From Marsupella aquatica (taxonomy: Eukaryota; Plantae; Marchantiophyta): a stretch of 64,000 bases of DNA. Positions 1 to 12,770 of the stretch are shown in pieces. The stretch is from the NCBI GenBank assembly GCA_973895155.1, contig OZ316892.1:25567233-25631232 (forward strand), given 5' to 3'. A program made the position numbers and the translations under genes. The first letter of the stretch is position 1; each line of letters opens with the position of its first letter. A model generated the notes under the pieces. That model ran no database searches. It was not told the origin of the DNA and worked only from the letters and a program-made list of their open reading frames with translations.

Positions 1-3000
1 GGCCTTCTTATTTTGTGAGGTTTCTCTTGTAAGTTGCAATTATTTTTCTTTTGTGGAAGGCCTCCATATGATTCTAATTTTCTTTCCTAAGCTTCCTCAA
101 TTTTCACCAGAATTAAAGTTCTTTGGCTTTGGATATTCACACCGTATCTCCTAGATAAAGTAATTATTGTCTATGAGTATCATGCACATGGGGAATATGG
201 ACAATCAGACAGGTGTAAGCAGTTGTCATTGTTTGAAACGCCCTGTCAATTCTACCTCTCGTCAGGACTTTTGCACCAGCTGCTAAGAGCTTAAAGCGAG
301 GTGCTCCTTAAAGAAGTACTACAGTAGGGGAAAAGTCAAGCAACTCCCGTTGTGGAGGCCCCACACAGCCATTGGCATTTAATGCATGACCCTCAGGCTC
401 ACTACCGTCCTCTCCTTTTGCCAGGAAAAGATGATTGGCTTGTCTCAGTTCCAATGACTTTTAACTTTCAATTGGTGCCCTCGGAGAACTGTGTCTCCAA
501 AATGGTATCTTGTTTAGAGCTGCTTTTTCTTTTTGCTGTTTCTTTTGTCAATTATTAATAACTGTCGAGGTGTTGATGTCTGTATAATTAAGTGGCTCTC
601 CACCAAAGATGTCTAAGTATGATTATAACTATACAATAACTTCACACTCTCGTTCAGGTTGAATCATCCTCACCGGCCAGCTTGTCTCAATCTGGACCAT
701 CAGTGGCATGATTGAAGCTTGCACTGGGGCTTGTATTTGGTGAACAACTTACTGGGTGCACTTTACTTTGTGAATGCCCTTAGTGATTTTTGTCTTTGCA
801 AATTTTGGGGCATTCGTGGAGAAGAATGCACTGTCAAGATTTGTACGGGCTCATACTGACAATTATAGCTCAATACCTGTCCATTGCACAGACTATGGTG
901 TTGTTGCATAAAAGATGTTGATGCATATGAGGTGTCGTTATTTAGAAGAAGTCCATGCGTAAAGGACATCATTTTGCAAAAGATGTCATTGTGAAAAAGA
1001 TACTGTTGACGTAAATGAAAGATGTTGCATAAAGAAAATCATCCTGCAGCCAAGAGATTGTTACGTTTAGGGTTTCATTGCATATAGGACATCATTGCAC
1101 AAAACATCCCGTAGAGTAAAAATGTCATTATGTAAAAACAGTCCATAAAGGGTAGTTTTGGGGTAGTCAAGGGCAGACGCTTGGACGGAGGCTAATAAGA
1201 GGATTTATATGGGCTTCCATAAGAGAAAAGTCCCATTATGGCAGGCATGTTGGCCCACTTAACACCCTTGTAAATTTTTTCATTTTTGGATTGGAGTTGC
1301 AAATGTCACAAACAGGATGCTGTCAGGATTGACATGAGGGGACCATGGCGTGGGAAGTGGGAGGATCAGGAGGAAATCCTATGTGATCCTCCCCCTGCCC
1401 TTCCTCCTCATCCCCTCCCTCTTGTCCAGTTTCTTTTCGGCAACTTTTTGTTTCCCTTCCTTCTTAATTTTCTTTGGCCCTACAAATTTGTAAGAAGACC
1501 ACTGTAAAACAAAGTGGGAGTTTTTAATTAGTACAAATAAATGTTAGACCTTTAAATGTATTCACGTCCTCTTACCAGAGCATTTTTAGCAATAGTAGCC
1601 CCTCAGGACTCAAGCAGAAACTCTTGTTTTGGGGGGCATTACAACTTACAATGCCCTGTAAACAGGACCTTACTATCTACATACTGGACTCTTGTTTTAA
1701 ATTTGGGGTTGACAACAAGGGTGGGATGCAGTCAGTGTTTCCTTTTGTATTTTGGGCAGGTGGCACTGAACGCCTTTGAACACTTAGAAAGACATTGTGT
1801 AATTGACTTGTCCAGTCACATTTTGAAATTAGTTATGACTGTTCACTTGGATAAACATTGTATACTTGACTTGTACCCTCACATTATGACGGCTACATCA
1901 TATGTATAGTCAGTCTGGATTGTTGATTTTAGCAAAAAAAGTTGCTAAAACCTTAAAAAAAAACCTCTTTGCATCTTTTGTGAGCCCCATGACTTTGTTA
2001 GCAATGTGCCAAAATTTGCACATAAAATAAATAGTGATGGGATATAACAGTGGGAGGTGAGGGTGCTAAGTGTAACAGACCTCAATGGGGCCATTGTGAG
2101 TGATTTTGTTACCACTAACCGTAATCATTCTGGGAACCCAGTTTAGCCATGATGTTAACCTTATACAAACCAGTCAGTCAGTTAAGACTCCTCATCAATT
2201 GTAGGACTTGAGATTGTAGTCATTGGGATGAGGAAAGGCAGAGGAGAACGGGCGCACATTCAACTTCTGGTGATTGTCAAAACTACTGAATTCTGAGTGG
2301 AGTTTAGTAAATGGTATCCGGCTGGACGAAGACTGAGCATAGACTCATCGCATTGTACACACTTTATTTGTGGTTCAGACTTGTTCTTTCTAGTGGTTTC
2401 TCCTCCAATTCTGAATTCAACTGTTCATGATTTCTCATCGAGCATGTGAGATCTGGTCATGATCTGGCCAGACATAAAAGAAGAGCTTTAGTCCTCAGTT
2501 CGATCTCTAAGCCTAAGTAACATATATCATATGTTTCAAAATTTACATTGCAATATTTTAGTAGCAAAGGTGCTGGAAAACTGTTTGGATCTCATATTTC
2601 GTGTGGTTCAGCTCACACAATTTTGTTGTCCATCTGTTGTCCATCAACAATTTCTTCAGAGTCCGAATTAAACCTAGATATGGTGAACTTTTGAATATAC
2701 CCAGATGACAACACCAGCAATGTGAAATTGAGTGGTGCAATCTTTTGGATACGGTGAAAGGTTTTCGTGCGGGGATATCATTCCTGATAATATGGACACC
2801 TTGTGGACGAGGTGCTTTCACAATTATAATCGGGAAATCTCACTTAGCATTTCCTGAAAACTGCGTCCATACATGACCACCTCCTCCGTATCTTTCGAAG
2901 TGAAGCCCGACCCCACGATTTGGGTTTCGCACAACTTCGTTTTGTGTAAGTTTACGGTGATCTCTAAATATAACAGCAGGTGACACAACTCCAATCCGGG

Positions 3001-5851
3001 GAAAAAAGCAATGCTTTATTGCAGAAACCGTCCTGTTTCATCGAAAAGCAGGCACACAACGAACAGTACAAGGGTAGGAAACCAATTAAACATCTTATTG
3101 CAGTTTGAGAAGTTTTTCCAATATTTGTTTAGCTATCAAAAGTGTTGCTCATACGGCACGACTGAAGTTTTCCGGCTTCGTGGCTCGTGTGATCCCGGGA
3201 TCATCAACCTCAACTGAAAATACAAGAACAAAATTGTCGCCAAATTCAGCCCAAGGCTCTGGCTGAGAAAGCTTACAAATTAAAGCATTTCAAGAACAGA
3301 AGAGAGGGTGTTCCGGTTAATATTATACTTAACGGTCTTCCAGGTGAAAGTTAACCACTCAATCATATCGCTGAAAAATTCAGTCACCTTGAACTGGAAT
3401 GCATATCGATCAGGAATGGGAGAAAGAGACGCACCGCTTGGTGAGCTGACATAGTCGATTCAAAGTGGCAGGAGGAAGACATTATGCTACACGTACATCA
3501 CAGCTGCTTCAAATCCAGAATCCCATCAATCAATCAATCCAAATCTCAGAAAATGCAGAGTAGTGGGATGCAGAATCTGACAATGCAAGTCGGAGCTCAA
3601 TAAATTCGCCAGGGGAACTAGTCCCAAGGTAATGTCTCCCGTACAATAATATTAGAGGTAGAGCCAAAGGTTATCGTTGGGGGCCATGACGACGAATACG
3701 ATACTGAAGAATCGAAATGAGGAGAGAATCGATTGCCAATCCGCGTCAATCATTACCAGAATGAAAGCGCAAAATACAAGTTGACATGAAATACGGATAT
3801 CTCCATAGCTCGGGTCGTCTGATATGGAACCGCTGAGGTCAAACACGCAAAAAACATCACAAGGTCATGGATAAAAGCACTCCATAAAATCACTCCATGA
3901 AAGTAGGTACAAAAATCACAACTTATACTGTGCACTTGCGAGAAAATTGTCTTTGAAATGCAGCGCTGCATATGCGCATCACTCAATTTAACTGCTCCAG
4001 CTGCATTTCATGACACACTAAGACAGTCGTGTGGCACGGAAAGGATATTATGGTTTATCAGCAAGGCAAGTTGAAAACTTCCTAAGCTGCGCAAAGGAAG
4101 AATGGTGAAACTATAGCATACCTTTTTTTTCGGACCTGCCAGAAGAGTGTTCCCAAACATTGAACTACAATGAAGCAAACATGAAGCAGTTGCTTAAATA
4201 ATCATGATGGCGGCAGGAACTCAACTCCTGCTTCCACTAGATTGCACTGATGTGTTCCAAGAATTGAAGGCTAAATAGTGTACGGAGAACGACACATCCA
4301 TGGCAGGTTCAGGCTACATCAACAAACCTAAACACAACCTTCAAGGACCAGAACGACGTCACATTAAGTCTTAAGATTTTGACAAACCTCACATTGTATC
4401 CACAGCAATTCAGGACAGAACGGCCGAGTTCTTGCAGACCTTTTGAGTCAGCAATTCCTTCATCTAAGATCTCAGTTCTCTGAATTAAAGTTACTGTAAG
4501 AACGGTCGAGTCCTTCATCTAAGATCTCAGTTGTGTGATTCAAAAAAACTATGACGAATGGCGGCCAGAGTCATACCTATTCTGCTCGGCCTCCGTCTCG
4601 GAGAACACCAATCCAATGTTGTAAGGGGAAGACATTTAGGCTACACATCACATAACAAAGCCTAAATGACATTTAGCCTCCCATATGAACACTACTAACT
4701 TAATGCCAATTACACTCGGCATTTTCTAAGATTTTCTACGAAACTCTTTAATCCAACGACGGCGCTTCAAATCTAGCAGATCAGTAAAGCAATTTTGAAA
4801 TTCTAACCTCCAGAAGAATAGAAATTCAGAAGCCACCGACAGGCTCAAAAAGAAATGGACGAATCAAAACCAATCCAGTCTGACAAACTAGTCTATCCGA
4901 AAGATCGGGCGTCGTTTGATAAAAATTCAGAGTACAAACTCCAAGTTTGTGGCGGAGCCAAGAGGTCGAATACGAAACGAGGTGAGAGAAAAAGTAATTA
5001 CCATGGCTGCTTGTGCGCCGACCTTTGAAGCCAAAGCAGCTTCCACTCTTTGTTATTCCAACAGCAGAGCTTAACTTTCCCTGAGGGCTGATATTCCATG
5101 CACAGTAGAAACGGGTGATGAATCATGATTCTTCCAACCTGTTCATATAGAAACGAAGGAGCTTTGCAAAACAAGAAACCTTTCTCGCCTACTTGCCATA
5201 AGAGTGTCTCCAAAAACAGAGCTCTTGCTTCTACAACTCAGTTAGTCGCAACTGCTCTTAGCTATGGAAAGGCTCTAAGCATCACAAAAAGAGTTTAGTG
5301 ACATAGACGTTGAATGATGTGCAGATTGAAAACCTTACCCGGCGTTGAAAAAGGAATAGAACAACTATGTAGCTGACTTACCTGTTCTTGCTGCTTTTCC
5401 AGGAGAGCGTTCGAAAAATAGAGTAGCAATGAAGGAAATGATAAGCGCACGTTGCTTCAATCAAGGCTGCGCCAAAAGTAAACTGCTGCTTCCACAGGAA
5501 AGAACAAATTGGTCTGGAAACATGGTGTGAATTTATGATGGGGGGCACGACAACTCTTTGGCATTTTTGGCTGCCTTGCTGACCTCCTCGCCCGATGCCT
5601 TGTTCCACTCCAACAGAGTGCAGAGGTCATGTGGATGCGAGACGTTCAAGGAAGGCAATAATCTGCACTCTCTGCTCAAAACGAAAGGCACAAATATGAC
5701 AGTAATGAGATGAAACTTTCTGTTTACGAAATGTATTCAAGAATTGAGTTTGCCCGGCTGTTGACTCCTATGACACACGTTAGTTGTATAAACTCCGTTC
5801 ATACCTTCAACGGGAAAGGCAGCTCGAACTGACTGTAACGGAGAGTCCTAC

Positions 5852-8800
5852 CTATTTGAATTTGTAACCCAAGTATTCAACCGAGCTCGTTCCCAAACAA
5901 GGACCTCTTCCATACTGGTAACTCTCAACTCGAGGAGGTTTGATTCGCAGTGCCCATTCTGCATCTGCTCTGGCTCCTTCCTCATCCTGTAATAAGGACT
6001 TCACCAGGCCCCTGTGTTTTAGCCTTTCATAGTCATCTGTTTCTAGCTCTAGCGCTTCATTCAAATCTACCAACGCCCTGTTTAAGTCGCCTATCATCCT
6101 TCTCAGAACTCCCCTTTCCTGCAAGCCATACGGTCTGGCGCCTCCTAATTCAATGTACTCATTGGCATCCGTGAGGGCTCCTTCAAAATCTCCCAGCTTT
6201 GCCTTCACGAAGCATCTTGCGCTGCCATCAAATAGAAGAATTTGAGTGCCTTAAAAGCGAAGACGGATCTCAAAGCCCTGGAGCTCCTTGACTCTCATTC
6301 TCCAAATTGAAGATATTAAAACTCACACCTGAAGATTAAAATCTCACAACAAATCTTAACAATTTGTGGGAATATGGATACTCAAAGTTATCATGGCTCG
6401 CTCGCTCGCTCACTCTCATTCTCTGAATTAAACATATTGTAAGTTACACCTAAAAAATTGAAATCTCATCACGAACCTTAACAATTTGTGGGAAAACGTC
6501 ATGATCCAATTAGATGTTTGAATCTGCATGCCCATTGGACCTTCAATCTAAATTTAGGATCAAGCTGAGAAGTTGTACCTTACAAGCCTACCAACCATAT
6601 CAATGGCCAGAGCATTGTCGTAGGCTTTGAGTGCTCCCTTGTAGTCTCCCATACTTACTAGTGCGTCGCCTTTGCCTTCATAAGCAGCACTGGATAGGTA
6701 CAGTCTCTCCTCCTCATTTTCATTAACTGCCAATTCATAAACTTGTGCACTCCAATATTGTAATCCGCAATCCTGATGCTTATGGTTACAAGTAAGAATT
6801 CTCAAGCTCTTCAAAGAAGGTGGGGCATCCAAAAGGGCCCTCCTAAGATAACTCTTATTTTCAACTACTGCATAACAAATGTACGTTAGTGCCTGGGTTG
6901 CATTCTTTGGTACAGCAGGGCTCACTCCCTCTCCTAGCAGTTCAACAAGCCTCCCCACTGCACCTGGATAAGATCCAATCCTGATTGCATTCACCACCAC
7001 ATCTTTGGAAAAACATGCTAAAGCCCAAGATGCTTGTTGTTGTACATCTGGGCTCACACCCTCTTCTAAAAGTCCAACAAGTCTGTCCACTGCACCTGGG
7101 TAACATCCAATCTTGGTTGCATTTACCACCACATCATAGGAAAGACATCCTAGAGCCCAAGCTGCACTTCTTTGTACATCTCGGCTCACTCCCTCTTCTA
7201 GGAGTCCAACAAGCCTGTCCACTGCACCTGGGTAACATCCAATCTTGGTTGCATTTACCACCACGTCTTTGGAAAGACATCCTAAAGCCCAAGCTGCATT
7301 CTCTTGTACAAGTGGGCTCACTCCCTCTTCTAGGAGTCCAACAAGCCTGTCCACTGCACCTGGGTAACATCCAATCTTGGTTGCATTTACCACCACATCT
7401 TGGGAAAGACATCCTAGAGCCCAAGCTGCTTGCTTTTGTACATGTGGGCTCACTCCCTCTTCTAGGAGTCCAACAAGCCTGTCCACTGCACCTGGGTAAC
7501 ATCCAATCTTGGTTGCATTTACCACCACGTCTTTGGAAAGACATCCTAAAGCCCAAGCTGCTTGCTGTTGTACAAGTGGGCTCACTCCCTCTTCTAGGAG
7601 TCCAACAAGCATGTCCACTGCACCTGGGTAACATCCAATCTTGGTTGCATTTACCACCACGTCTTTGGAAAGACATCCTAAAGCCCAAGCTGCATTCTCT
7701 TGTACAAGTGGGCTCACTCCCTCTTCTAGGAGTCCAACAAGCCTGTCCACTGCACCTGGGTAACATCCAATCTTGGTTGCATTTACCACCACGTCTTTGG
7801 AAAGACATCCTAAAGCCCAAGCTGCTTGCTTTTGTACATGTGGGCTCACTCCCTCTTCTAGGAGTCCAACAAGCCTGTCCACTGCACCTGGGTAACATCC
7901 AATCTTGGTTGCATTTACCACCACATCTTGGGAAAGACATCCTAGAGCCCAAGCTGCTTGCTTTTGTACAAGTGGGCTCACTCCCTCTTCTAGGAGTCCA
8001 ACAAGCCTGTCCACTGCACCTGGGTAACATCCAATCTTGGTTGCATTTACCACCACGTCTTTGGAAAGACATCCTAAAGCCCAAGCTGCTTGCTGTTGTA
8101 CAAGTGGGCTCACTCCCTCTTCTAGGAGTCCAACAAGCCTGTCCACTGCACCTGGGTAACATCCAATCTTGGTTGCATTTACCACCACGTCTTTGGAAAG
8201 ACATCCTAAAGCCCAAGCTGCTTGCTGTTGTACAAGTGGGCTCACTCCCTCTTCTAGGAGTCCAACAAGCCTGTCCACTGCACCTGGGTAACATCCAATC
8301 TTGGTTGCATTTACCACCACGTCTTTGGAAAGACATCCTAAAGCCCAAGCTGCATTCTCTTGTACAAGTGGGCTCACTCCCTCTTCTAGGAGTCCAACAA
8401 GCCTGTCCACTGCACCTGGGTAACATCCAATCTTGGTTGCATTTACCACCACATCATAGGAAAGACATCCTAAAGCCCAAGCTGCATGCTTTTGTACATG
8501 TGGGCTCACTCCCTCTTCTAGGAGTCCAACAAGCCTGTCCACTGCACCTGGGTAACATCCAATCTTGGTTGCATTTACCACCACATCTTGGGAAAGACAT
8601 CCTAGAGCCCAAGCTGCTTGCTTTTGTACAAGTGGGCTCACTCCCTCTTCTAGGAGTCCAACAAGCCTGTCCACTGCACCTGGGTAACATCCAATCTTGG
8701 TTGCATTTACCACCACGTCTTTGGAAAGACATCCTAAAGCCCAAGCTGCTTGCTGTTGTACAAGTGGGCTCACTCCCTCTTCTAGGAGTCCAACAAGCCT

Positions 8801-11800
8801 GTCCACTGCACCTGGGTAACATCCAATCTTGGTTGCATTTACCACCACGTCTTTGGAAAGACATCCTAAAGCCCAAGCTGCATTCTCTTGTACAAGTGGG
8901 CTCACTCCCTCTTCTAGGAGTCCAACAAGCCTGTCCACTGCACCTGGGTAACATCCAATCTTGGTTGCATTTACCACCACATCTTGGGAAAGACATCCTA
9001 AAGCCCAAGCTGCTTCCTCTTGTACAAGTGGGCTCACTCCCTCTTCTAGGAGTCCAACAAGCCTGTCCACTGCACCTGGGTAACATCCAATCTTGGTTGC
9101 ATTTACCACCACATCTTGGGAAAGACATCCTAAAGCCCAAGCTGCTTCCTTTTGTACATGTGGGCTCACTCCCTCTTCTAGGAGTCCAACAAGCCTGTCC
9201 ACTGCACCTGGGTAACATCCAATCTTGGTTGCATTTACCACCACATCATAGGAAAGACATCCTAAAGCCCAAGCTGCATGCTTTTGTACATGTTGGCTCA
9301 CTCCCTCTTCTAGGAGTCCAACAAGCCTGTCCACTGCACCTGGGTAACATCCAATCTTGGTTGCATTTACCACCACATCTTTGGAAAGACATCCTAAAGC
9401 CCGAGCTGCTTGCTCTTGTACAAGTGGGCTCACTCCCTCTTCTAGGAGTCCAACAAGCCTGTCCACTGCACCTGGGTAACATCCAATCTTGGTTGCATTT
9501 ACCACCACATCATAGGAAAGACATCCTAGAGCCCAAGCTGCACTTCTTTGTACATCTCGGCTCACTCCCTCTTCTAGGAGTCCAACAAGCCTGTCCACTG
9601 CACCTGGGTAACATCCAATCTTGGTTGCATTTACCACCACATCTTTGGAAAGACATCCTAAAGCCCGAGCTGCATGCTTTTGTACAAGTGGGCTCACTCC
9701 CTCTTCTAGGAGTCCAACAAGCCTGTCCACTGCACCTGGGTAACATCCAATCTTGGTTGCATTTACCACCACGTCATAGGAAAGACATCCTAAAGCCCAA
9801 GCTGCATTCTCTTGTACAAGTGGGCTCACTCCCTCTTCTAGGAGTCCAACAAGCTTTTCCATTGCACCCAGATAAGATCCAATCTTGGTTGCATTCTCCA
9901 AATCGTTGGACATATTTCCTATTGCCCAAGCTGCACTATTTTGTGCACTATTTTGTGCTTGTGGGCAGGGCCCCTCCCCTAACAATCCGACCAGCTTCTC
10001 CACGGCACCTGGATGTGAGACAATCTTGGTTGCATTTTTGCCCGTTTTCTGTGAAAGATATCCTAATGTCAAGGAAGTGTTTAATTGTATATCTTGGCCA
10101 ACTCCCTCTGCCAAGAGTTCAATCAGTCTCTCAACTGCACCTGAATGAGATCCAATCTTGATTGCATCTCCTACATTGTGAGAAGATAAGCCTTGGAAGA
10201 GATAAAGAACTTCTCTGAGTTGAGGTTGAAAGTCGGAATTTGTTTGGTGGAGAACAGCCATCAACGCAGGAAGGATCTCGTCTTTGCTTTCCTTGAAGAG
10301 AGGCCTTTGGTTTATGAGTGTGAATTGTAGCAAGGCTTGGCATGCACCTGAGATTGTTTCTTGCATACATAGTAAGTCAATAACCTTTTTCTCGTGCAAC
10401 TCACCCAAAAGTAGATATTCTTCAAGAATCTACACATCGCAACGGACTAGGTAAGTTAGTACAGTAGGTCTAGTACAGTCTGACTGTCTTACAGTGAATA
10501 CGCATAGCTGAACAACTTATTCCCCTCCTCTTTTGAGTGTGTGTAACTCAAAGTTGAGGCGAAAGATTCACAGCCATTGAATGTCATATTTGTTGATCCA
10601 AACCTCAAATACTGTATATGCAATTTGAGCTTATAATATATAGACTGGAATCATCCACTCATATATTTTAATGATGATAGTACACAGCTGGCCTCTAAAC
10701 AATCCAAAATTCTAAAATTCTCATTATCGTACGGGTTGAGATTCTAAAGGATTACCTCTTTGGTCGCCTGATGTGATTTCTTTTGCCACTCCTCTTCACC
10801 ATCTGCATTTAGTAGCCAGACGAATGTTCTGATTGAAGACAATGTTGAGATGCCAAGCTTGTCGGTATCATTCACAAATTGATTTACCGGAATCCCAAGG
10901 GTGCTTGCTGCTTTGTTACGCCATGACTCTTGCCCGTACAGAACTAGCAATATAGCAGCAACATTATCTTTTGTAATGTACTCCATCAACTTGGAAAACA
11001 TCAAGGCAATTTCCTCCTTCTTTATCTGACTTATAAAATTTTGTCGCATGGTATGCAAGGACCAACTCCTTTGAGGGTTATCACTTCTTAGATCTGTTGG
11101 GCTCTCTATCTGGAAGAAGTTGATGGTCTCCATGTGCTCACAGCACCTAGAGAATTTAGCCATGCTGGAGTGTATAATCTTGAACAACGTCTTGAAGACT
11201 ACTTCAGGAACAGGCTCGCTTTCAAACACAGATGCTAAGAGTAAAAGAGTTTGCTCTTCACTTGAGAAAGAACTCAACGCCATTTCTATTGATGCTCCCA
11301 TGCTGCGTTTCGAGTAAGTACGACCAAACAGAGTAACAGGTCTTTGGTCATCCCCATTCTGTAGGTCCGAAAGATATCTAACAGTAGATTCCCATTCCTG
11401 TAGTTGTGAAGCTTTTCCAACGCCTATGTTTGTTGCTACATTAGCCAACACCAAAGGGTTGGAAGCAGATTTGTCAATAATCTGATTGATTTGGGCCTGG
11501 CACAGTCAGTAAATATTAATTAGACGTATATGTATAATTGTCAGTAGCGACAATTTCTAGTCTTAGTTCACAGAACCATTTGCTCTCAAAAAATGCCAAT
11601 CCTCAGAAAATACCAGTGAACACTATTGTACGTGAACAAAATGCAGGACTAGGTTCAAACAACTATTACCTGTATATCCGAAGTCACTTCTGGTGGAAAG
11701 CCTTTAACATGGTTTGCAAGAATTTGGTTCGCCTGTTGGGAAGTCGGTAGAGAAATCGTAATTTCAGCACAAATGGCATCAGTCCACAGTCCTGGACGCT

Positions 11801-12770
11801 GAGTAGTGATTAGGTATTTAATCCCTTGCTGTTGCACCAAAAGCCTGTCTACTATCATGGAATCCCACACATCATCGAGTATAATCAGCACCGTTTGATT
11901 TGCTAGTCGAGCTGAAAGTTGCTTGTGCATAGCATCCTCAGATTGCAAAGCGAAAGGCATCTCAACAGCTGAGCTCGCTTCACCTTGGCCAGCTGACGTA
12001 GGAAGAGCTTGGTATCCCAAATCTTGCCACAATTGCAGGAGTAGGCTCTTACAGTCCGCCTTCATACCGCAACGTAAGAAAAATACACCGTCCACAAACC
12101 GTTTGGAAGCAGGGGCGATCTGAGTACCCTGACTTTGCCCTTGGCCGCCTTGAGTTGTGTCTAGGGGATCTACGCCTTCTTGGTAGAGACAAGCCAAGTG
12201 TCTCGCCATGCTGGATTTGCCTTGGCCGGGTCCTCCAGCAACTACCACAATGGGGCCAGTGTTTTCACGTTCCAGAGCCATTCGAACTGCCGTGATGGAT
12301 GCCTCAAATGGCACATATTTCCTATCGGGTACGAATGGCAGACGAGCGACTCGACAGAGAGAGGCCTTTTCAAGTTGCTGTGTTCGTTCTGCTTGCTGAG
12401 CAATCGTTCGTGATAGGGACTCAAAGGCTGTAATAACACTATCCAAAGCTCCAGTTAATGATTCCGGATACAACAGTCTTCTCCCGACCGTACAGCAAGA
12501 ATTTTGTTGTCGCTTCTGTAGCTTAAGTTGTTCCTTGTCTAGGAGCTGAATCGCCAACTCCAGCACGCGCCCAATATATGGGTCGGTGCTCATTCCATAT
12601 CTGTTTAGAAGGGATGTCCAACTGTCTGATTGCTGCTCTAGAACAGCCAATCGTAATGGAAATAACTTCATAGCTTCGGATGTTTTGTACCAATCCAAAG
12701 CAGTCTGTTGGGCAAAGGCAGTAGCCTTAGTGATCAAAGTCACCAACGCATTTGCCTCGGCAACAGCCAT
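5852..12770 (-). CDS. NLR-like STAND protein: helical (RPW8/CC-like) N-terminus - NB-ARC - ARM repeat array - TPR; ~2020 aa, 4 coding exons (12770-11670, 11496-10756, 10429-6579, 6221-5852)
   Basis: Four collinear minus-strand ORFs join in frame at GT-AG sites (phases 0, 0, 2; 6063 nt total). P-loop GGPGQGKS, RNBS-A-like FVDGVFFL, Walker B LIILDDVW, RNBS-B KYLITTQR, GLPL-like IIDKSASNPLVLA just after intron 1, MHD-like WSLHT. 44-aa ARM repeats (..GAVDRLVGLL..VQxxAAWALGCLS). TPR-like helices (KGDALVSMGDYKGALKAYDNAL; AKLGDFEGALTDA; ERGVLRRMIGDLNRALVDLNEALEL). Confidence 0.88.
6985..9900 (-). repeat. Coding tandem array of 132-bp units (44-aa ARM repeats): 21 near-identical copies plus degenerate flanking units
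   Basis: The marker GCATTTACCACC recurs every 132 bp from 7119 to 9759 (21 copies). The protein shows VVVNATKIGCYPGAVD(R/M)LVGLLEEGVS 21 times. Confidence 0.97.

Noticed and set aside
1-5300. Short ORFs (60-117 aa) in the first 5 kb
   Set aside because: No domain motifs or coherent exon chain. The region looks like intergenic/UTR DNA with decayed repeats.
6985-9900. CRISPR-like or DGR-like interpretation of constant repeats with variable segments
   Set aside because: The variable parts are single codons inside an open reading frame, not unique spacers. There are no cas genes or template repeat, and the only RT present is a dead LINE ORF2.
6985-10161. 1058-aa plus-strand ORF and the minus-strand alternate-frame ORFs (430, 254, 78 aa) over the repeat array
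   Set aside because: Expected by-products of amplifying a 132-bp unit that lacks stops in those frames. They start at non-ATG or repeat-internal codons, end at the array edges and resemble no known fold.
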